Assembly: GCA_963702895.1 (NCBI GenBank)
Contig: OY969767.1
Coordinates: forward strand, 2,368,001-2,432,000
Length of the DNA: 64,000 bases
Direction of reading: 5' to 3'
From: an uncultured Elusimicrobia bacterium
GTDB lineage: Bacteria > Elusimicrobiota > Elusimicrobia > 2-01-FULL-59-12
The stretch's first letter is position 1. Every line of letters starts with the position of its first letter. Under the pieces are notes generated by a model. It had not been told where the DNA came from. It saw only the letters and a list, made by a program, of their open reading frames with translations, and did no database searches. Positions 30,801 through 36,800 of this stretch are shown piece by piece. The position numbers were made by a program, and so were the translations under genes.

Positions 30801-33800
30801 AAACGAAACCGGCAGCTCGGTTAAAGGCTGCATCGGACGGAGCCCTATTGGATAGGGCAGATCCTCAGTTGAAAGCGTCTCTGTGGGAAGAAACAACCCC
30901 ATTCTTCCTGTTTTCTTGCGATACCGTAGAATGCCTCCGCCAACATCAAGACCTACAGGATTGTCTGTCACATCCTTGATCAGAGACCCCCCCGGCGTTT
31001 TCCCGTGGAGCAAGCGACGGATCTTATCCCGAAAAAGCCATATCGTTGTAGCGACGGCGGCCAATCCAATCAGACCGGTCACTATCGCGGGCACCCCTAT
31101 GATGTAGGCCAGCATAAACGCGACCAACGGACCGGACTGAGCGGTCGGCGGAGAGGACGTGGCATCAACATTCGGAGAGTCATCACGCGGGGCCGACGTC
31201 CGTTGAGGCTCGGCGCCGATCACCGCCACGGTGATGTCGTCATCCGTGGCTCGGATGTTGATTTCCTTGGGAAGGCGTGAGCTCGCCCGAGCGGCCTCCG
31301 CCAGCTTCCCCGACAATTCGATGTTCCCCTTCCCAGCGTGAGCGCCCCGCTCAAGAAGGAGGCGAATTGCTTCGTCAGTCAAATTGTCATGGACACCATC
31401 CGTCATCACGAGCACTCGAGTCCCCACAGGAACGACCACACGGGACACTTGGGGATCCGGTACCGCGGGAACTTTGGCCTGAATAAAGTTCGTTACCAGT
31501 TTCCGGGAATCGAACATCTTTCTCTGCTTCTCCGTAGCAAGCTGCTCAGCGCGTGTAACGGACGAGAGGAATTCCTGCTGAGACCCCCTCAGCCGCTGAT
31601 CGATGGCTTCGAATCCGTCGAGGAATCTACCCCGGACGTTATCCACTGTCAAGACGTGGGATGCGTTGTCGGGTAGGACAGCATAGGCGCGTGAATCTCC
31701 GGCATTGAAGGTCAAAACCTCGACATGGCCGCTAGCGCCCGGATCGGGGCGAATGATCGTCAAAGTGGCCGTGCAACCTCGTTTGTCGTCGTGATTCGCT
31801 TTAAGAGTAGCGGCTGCTCGCACCAGAATGTCTTTGACTTGTTCTATCACCTTAGCCGTTGGCTCGACCAAACTCAGCTTCAAAAGTTCCTCTCTTACAA
31901 ACTCGGATACCCACTCACTGGCCAGAGCGCCATTGTTCTCTCCTGCTATTCCGTCAAAGACCGCCGCGACCTGGATGTCGCCGTCCAGCTGAAAAGCGAA
32001 GGCCCTGTCTTCATTGAGCCCGCCCCGCTTTTCATTGGCCAAAGTATAAACAGGGAGATCGCGGCGACTGTCCGACTCCTGACTCGCCGGAGTGTGACCC
32101 AACGTCGCGTTCGTTGGCGATGCGGTGTCGGGCTCCGTTGTGTCAGGCACCGATGGTCGTTGTAAGATTCTAAGCCGCACGAGAAGGGAAGTGACCAGGG
32201 CGCCAAGCCCCCCAACCATGCTTTGGCTAACCTCCGCTGAACGAATCCCATGAAGCGGAAGCGATGGATCGGCCAGGTTGAGGTACGCACCGGCCCCATA
32301 GAGGAGGCCCGCGGCGACCGCCGCTATGAGAATGACCGGGAGCGCGCGACCCAGGCTCCCAAGGAGGGATCCCGGCTCCTTTGCGCCTGGGGTGTCTGGC
32401 ACAGCAGGTGCCCTACGTTGCTCCGTTGTGTCAGGCACCGATGCTTTTGCTGTTTTGTCAGACACCGATGCATTTGCTTGAGAAGGAACTCCGATAAGTG
32501 AAATGTCCAGACCCTCAGTGAGATCAGTTAGAGTCAGGCGGCTTTGTGCTTTTAGATATTCCATTCTCGCTGGCGTGGGCATATGCGGATCCCGCGGCCC
32601 TGAATTAAAACGCTTCTTGCCGCGATATAGTACCTGCAGGTCTGGCAACTGACTCCTTGGTGCGGATGCAGCTTGTGGAGGTCGGCTTTCAATGTAACGC
32701 TCCCACACATCGGGCAGATGTTCCAAATCCTGCATGCTGAATCCCGGCTGCATCACGCGAACCATCAAGAGCCCAAATTGATCGGCATATTTTTCGTCTT
32801 GAGCGCGTTCGAAATAGTCGGTCCATTCATGCACGTACGCGAATTGGCGGGGATCGGTTCTCCGAGCAAAAACTTCCGGGGCCTCAAACACATGCCCCAT
32901 TTCATGCGCAAGACTCCAGATCAACTGAGCCGGAGAAAGAGTGTGGGCGAGAGTCGGGTCGATGAGAATAATCCCGGTCTTATCGGTCGTCAGGGCAAGG
33001 CCTGAGCCTCCCGAAGGGTGTACTAGGAACGCGGCTTTCCGGATGGCGTGCCGTTGCGCTGGGCCCATCTCGACATGACGCAGGATCGTCTTCTTTAAAT
33101 CGTGGAACGTCTTGTATTCCCGTCGATAAAGGATGCGTTGATCGTAAAAAGAGTGTCCGGCCGCCGCGCACAAGGTGACCAGCGTGTCGAGGAGGAGCTT
33201 GATCGGTTGAGACAGCAGCGGGGAAATGAAAACGGGAAGGCTGTACGCGGTGAGAACGGCCAATTGCTTGACGAAAGCCAGCGGGGTGAGTTCGGCAACG
33301 CGTTCCCCGGGCGGGGCCCGGAGCTGACGGATGAGCACAATGCCCATCGGTACCCAATGCACCAGGCCGAAGAGGACCGGGATCCAGCCAAGGACAGGCA
33401 TCAGGACCCCGGCCAGCAGTCCCGTTGCGCCCAGGACGACGCGCTCGGCTTTATACCCGATCCAGCGGTTTTGCGCCCAGCGCAAAGCCACGGCCCGATC
33501 CTTTCCCATAGCCAGTGCCATCCAATACGCCAGGGAAGCCGGAGCCCCTTTCGACGGAGTGCCATCCGACACCGATCCACCGGTGCCTGGCATTGAAAAT
33601 GCACCAGGTTGCTGCGTTGTGACAGGCACCGGCGTATTTTGCTCGCCCGTCTCGAGCAAGTGGAGGACCCTTTTTGCCGCTGCAATCTCGCCCGCACTAG
33701 CCGAGGATGGCTTCCCCGGGGACGAAAAGCGGCGCTCCAGCGCGGCGCCCAGCCGGGGATCGATGGTCCGTCCGCGCGCGATCAGCGATAACAATTCGTC

Positions 33801-36800
33801 TTCCGATACACCAGTTCCCAAATAGAGCCCATCGGCTAATTTGCGGCCAAACAAGCCTTGATCACTACGGATGAAGGGCTTGGTAATGCGAACCAGCTCC
33901 TCTTCCACATCGGGCGGCAATTCTTCAAAAAGGTAGATGGTGACGGGATCGTGCCGATCCATCCAATTGTCGAACCTCGCAGGATATTTCACCGTGACTT
34001 CGATAGAAGCTTCCACAAGATAATGATCGAGCGCTGCCACCAACTCTGGCGAAGCGTGAGCATTGATGGATATCGTGGCGATCGGCCTTTTGCCCGCAAG
34101 ACTCTTTGTTGTCAACAGCCATTCTGGAATATGGGCATGCCAATGGGGAAGCATGCCGTCGTGGAAGACCATCCCCTCGGCCGATTGAGCGGTTCGTTCC
34201 ACGACAGAGGCATCATCCTCAGTCGTTGGGGTATAAGCGCCACGCCGTATTTCTTGATAGGTGCCTTCGATCAGAGTCGTATACGGGTTATCAGAATCGA
34301 TGCGTCCTGATTCTGTGAGGTTCTGCTCTCCGACAACCCCGCGCAAACGGCGAACCTCACGGTCAACACGGTCTTGAAGAAGCTCTGCGGCCGGCGGGGC
34401 CTGGGCGTCATCCATAGCGGCAGGTGACTCGCCACTGGGGGAAGCGCCTATCTTGGCGGCCGCCTCGTTGAGCGATTGATCAATCTGAGCCAAGATCCGT
34501 GCCGCCTCTGCGGACCGGTCACCCGACCTGGCGCTCAGGTATTTTGCAAATTCATCGCGAAGCGTTCTTGCGGCGCGGAGGTCTTCCCCTGCTTTTTCGC
34601 GTTTTCCATCCGCCGTCTTCCGTTTCATTTCATCCTTCAGGGCCGCGAAAGCTTCCTGGATATTGCTCTCGAACAACCGGACGATGTTTAGCTCTTTCTT
34701 TCTCACGTAAAAGGTGTCTTCCTCCGTGGCGACATTCAGGGCGATCAAGGAATACCGTATTCTGGATAGGTTCAGTATCCAAGGCTTGAAATAACACAAG
34801 AGCTGAGCCAACTCATTTCGAAGCTCATCCAGCCGCAGTGCGTCTATCTGTGCCTCTGGTACACCGCTCTTTACCTGAACGAATTCATCATATTGGCCTC
34901 TCCAGCGCTGCAATTCGTCATCGAGGTCTTTGATCTTAGCCGCTATCTCCTGGGGTGTTAACGAATCCCTATCAACATTCACCGGACCCAGATCGCCGGC
35001 TTCGCGTGCCGCTTGTAATAGAACCTCTATGCTTTGATGGGCCTTGCCCAGGGCTTCATGCTGATGTTGAGCCGTGTCAGGGGTCGAAGCCGCAGAGGCA
35101 GGGGTCGGCCGGGCCGCAGGTTGAACGGAGCGGGGAGCTGGCGGAACGATTGGGGAAGAGGGGCGTTGAGTTCCCGGCGGAAGCGCAGGGACGGGCGCCG
35201 GCACGGCGACGGGCGGACTCGCGGCGGCTGCGGCCATAGCGCCTTCGACCAATTCGGCGGTAGGTCCAGCCAATCCTCCCTCCGCGGCCATGACCGCCTC
35301 TTCCACCACCTTCTTGGCGGCGGCAGCCGGTTCAGCGGTGGGCACGGCGGCGATGGGCGCAACCGATGGGGCCGCGGCTGGCGTCGCCGCCGGAGGCACT
35401 ACCGGGATTGGTGTTGCGGTAGGAGCCGGTGTCGGTTCAGGCGCCATCCGGCCAATGACCGTGTGATTCTCTCTTAGAACGAGTGACATCCGAGGAGTGG
35501 TGGTAATCAATCTGTACTGGTTGGCTTGAATGACATTGTTCGCCGTAGAAAGCGACTGGTCGACACCGAGAATGTTGTCCGTCATGAAGAATTGAAAAGA
35601 CTCACCGGCAGGGAGAGGAACAGAGAAACGATAGCCCCGTGTTCCTCCGGCTAAGAAATGGTACTCGCTCTCAACCGGTTTGGCATCCTTCGTGTCCCAG
35701 CGGGCTTCAGGTTTGATTTCCTCAATCGTCCTGTCTTGACGAACGATGTAGAAGTGATACGCGCTGGACGTCGGCGCAGGCGCATTGATGTAGAAGGACA
35801 CCGGCTTCGGTGTGGGGGTCTGAGATGGTGCCGCTGGAGCAACTGGCACCGGAGCCGTTCCAGCCTTTGCGTCAGGCGGCCTTCCAGTAGGTTCTTGTGC
35901 GAAAGCCTCGAGAGGGTCGTCTTCTGTCGGCTCTTCTCTCGCAGGGCGGGCCGAGGCGGCACCGTCGGCAAGCGTTATTGTCGCCGCCGGCTTTTCAGGC
36001 ACAGCTCCCGGCGCGAATTGCTCGAGAGGATTTGTCATCTCTCTCTCACGGCCGGCAGCGGCGTCAGCTACGGCAGGCGCGGTGGCCAGGGGAGGGGTGG
36101 CTGTTTCTCCTTCCGCTGTCGATGCCCTGGCCGCGCGCCGTGACCAGAGGCGATACCCCACATAGACCGTGATCAGCGCCAGCCCAACGAGGACAGCTCC
36201 GGCGAGGTAGGGATGATTGAAGATAGACAAGAGCATCTCCTGCCATAGAGAGATGTCGACCGCGGGCGGAGCGGGGATCGCTCCGGGCTGAACCACGCCC
36301 GAGAGTTCGGGGAGTGTCGGCAGGGCCGCCGTCATGGCATCGGGATGAAGCTTGAGAAATTCGGCCTGGACGGCCGCCGGCAGGCTGCTCAGGTCGATGA
36401 CGCTTCCCGCCTGGAGGCTGCCGGGAGCGACCTGCTCGTAGGCCTTTTGGATCGCAGACCAATCCATTTCCCCCTGAAACAGGCCAGCCTGCTTCATCGA
36501 CTTCAGGATTTCGAGGCCAATCTGCCCGGGGGTGTTCTGCGCCGGGTTGGCGGCGCTCCATGTTCCGACGTTGTAAAAAAGACGAGACGCTGTTCCGGCC
36601 ACCTGGACGACATGGGGAGCGACATAAGGCGCGGGCGCCGCCCCAGCGGGTCCCGCAAAGAACAAACCTAGCCCCGCGATCACCGCACTGGCGCTACCCC
36701 AACGGAGTATTCGGCTAATGGTCTGTGGACTTCTGTCTCTACCGATGGCCGAGGCGACTGCCACAGCAGATGTGTCTGGTTGCTTCGTTGTGTCAGACAC

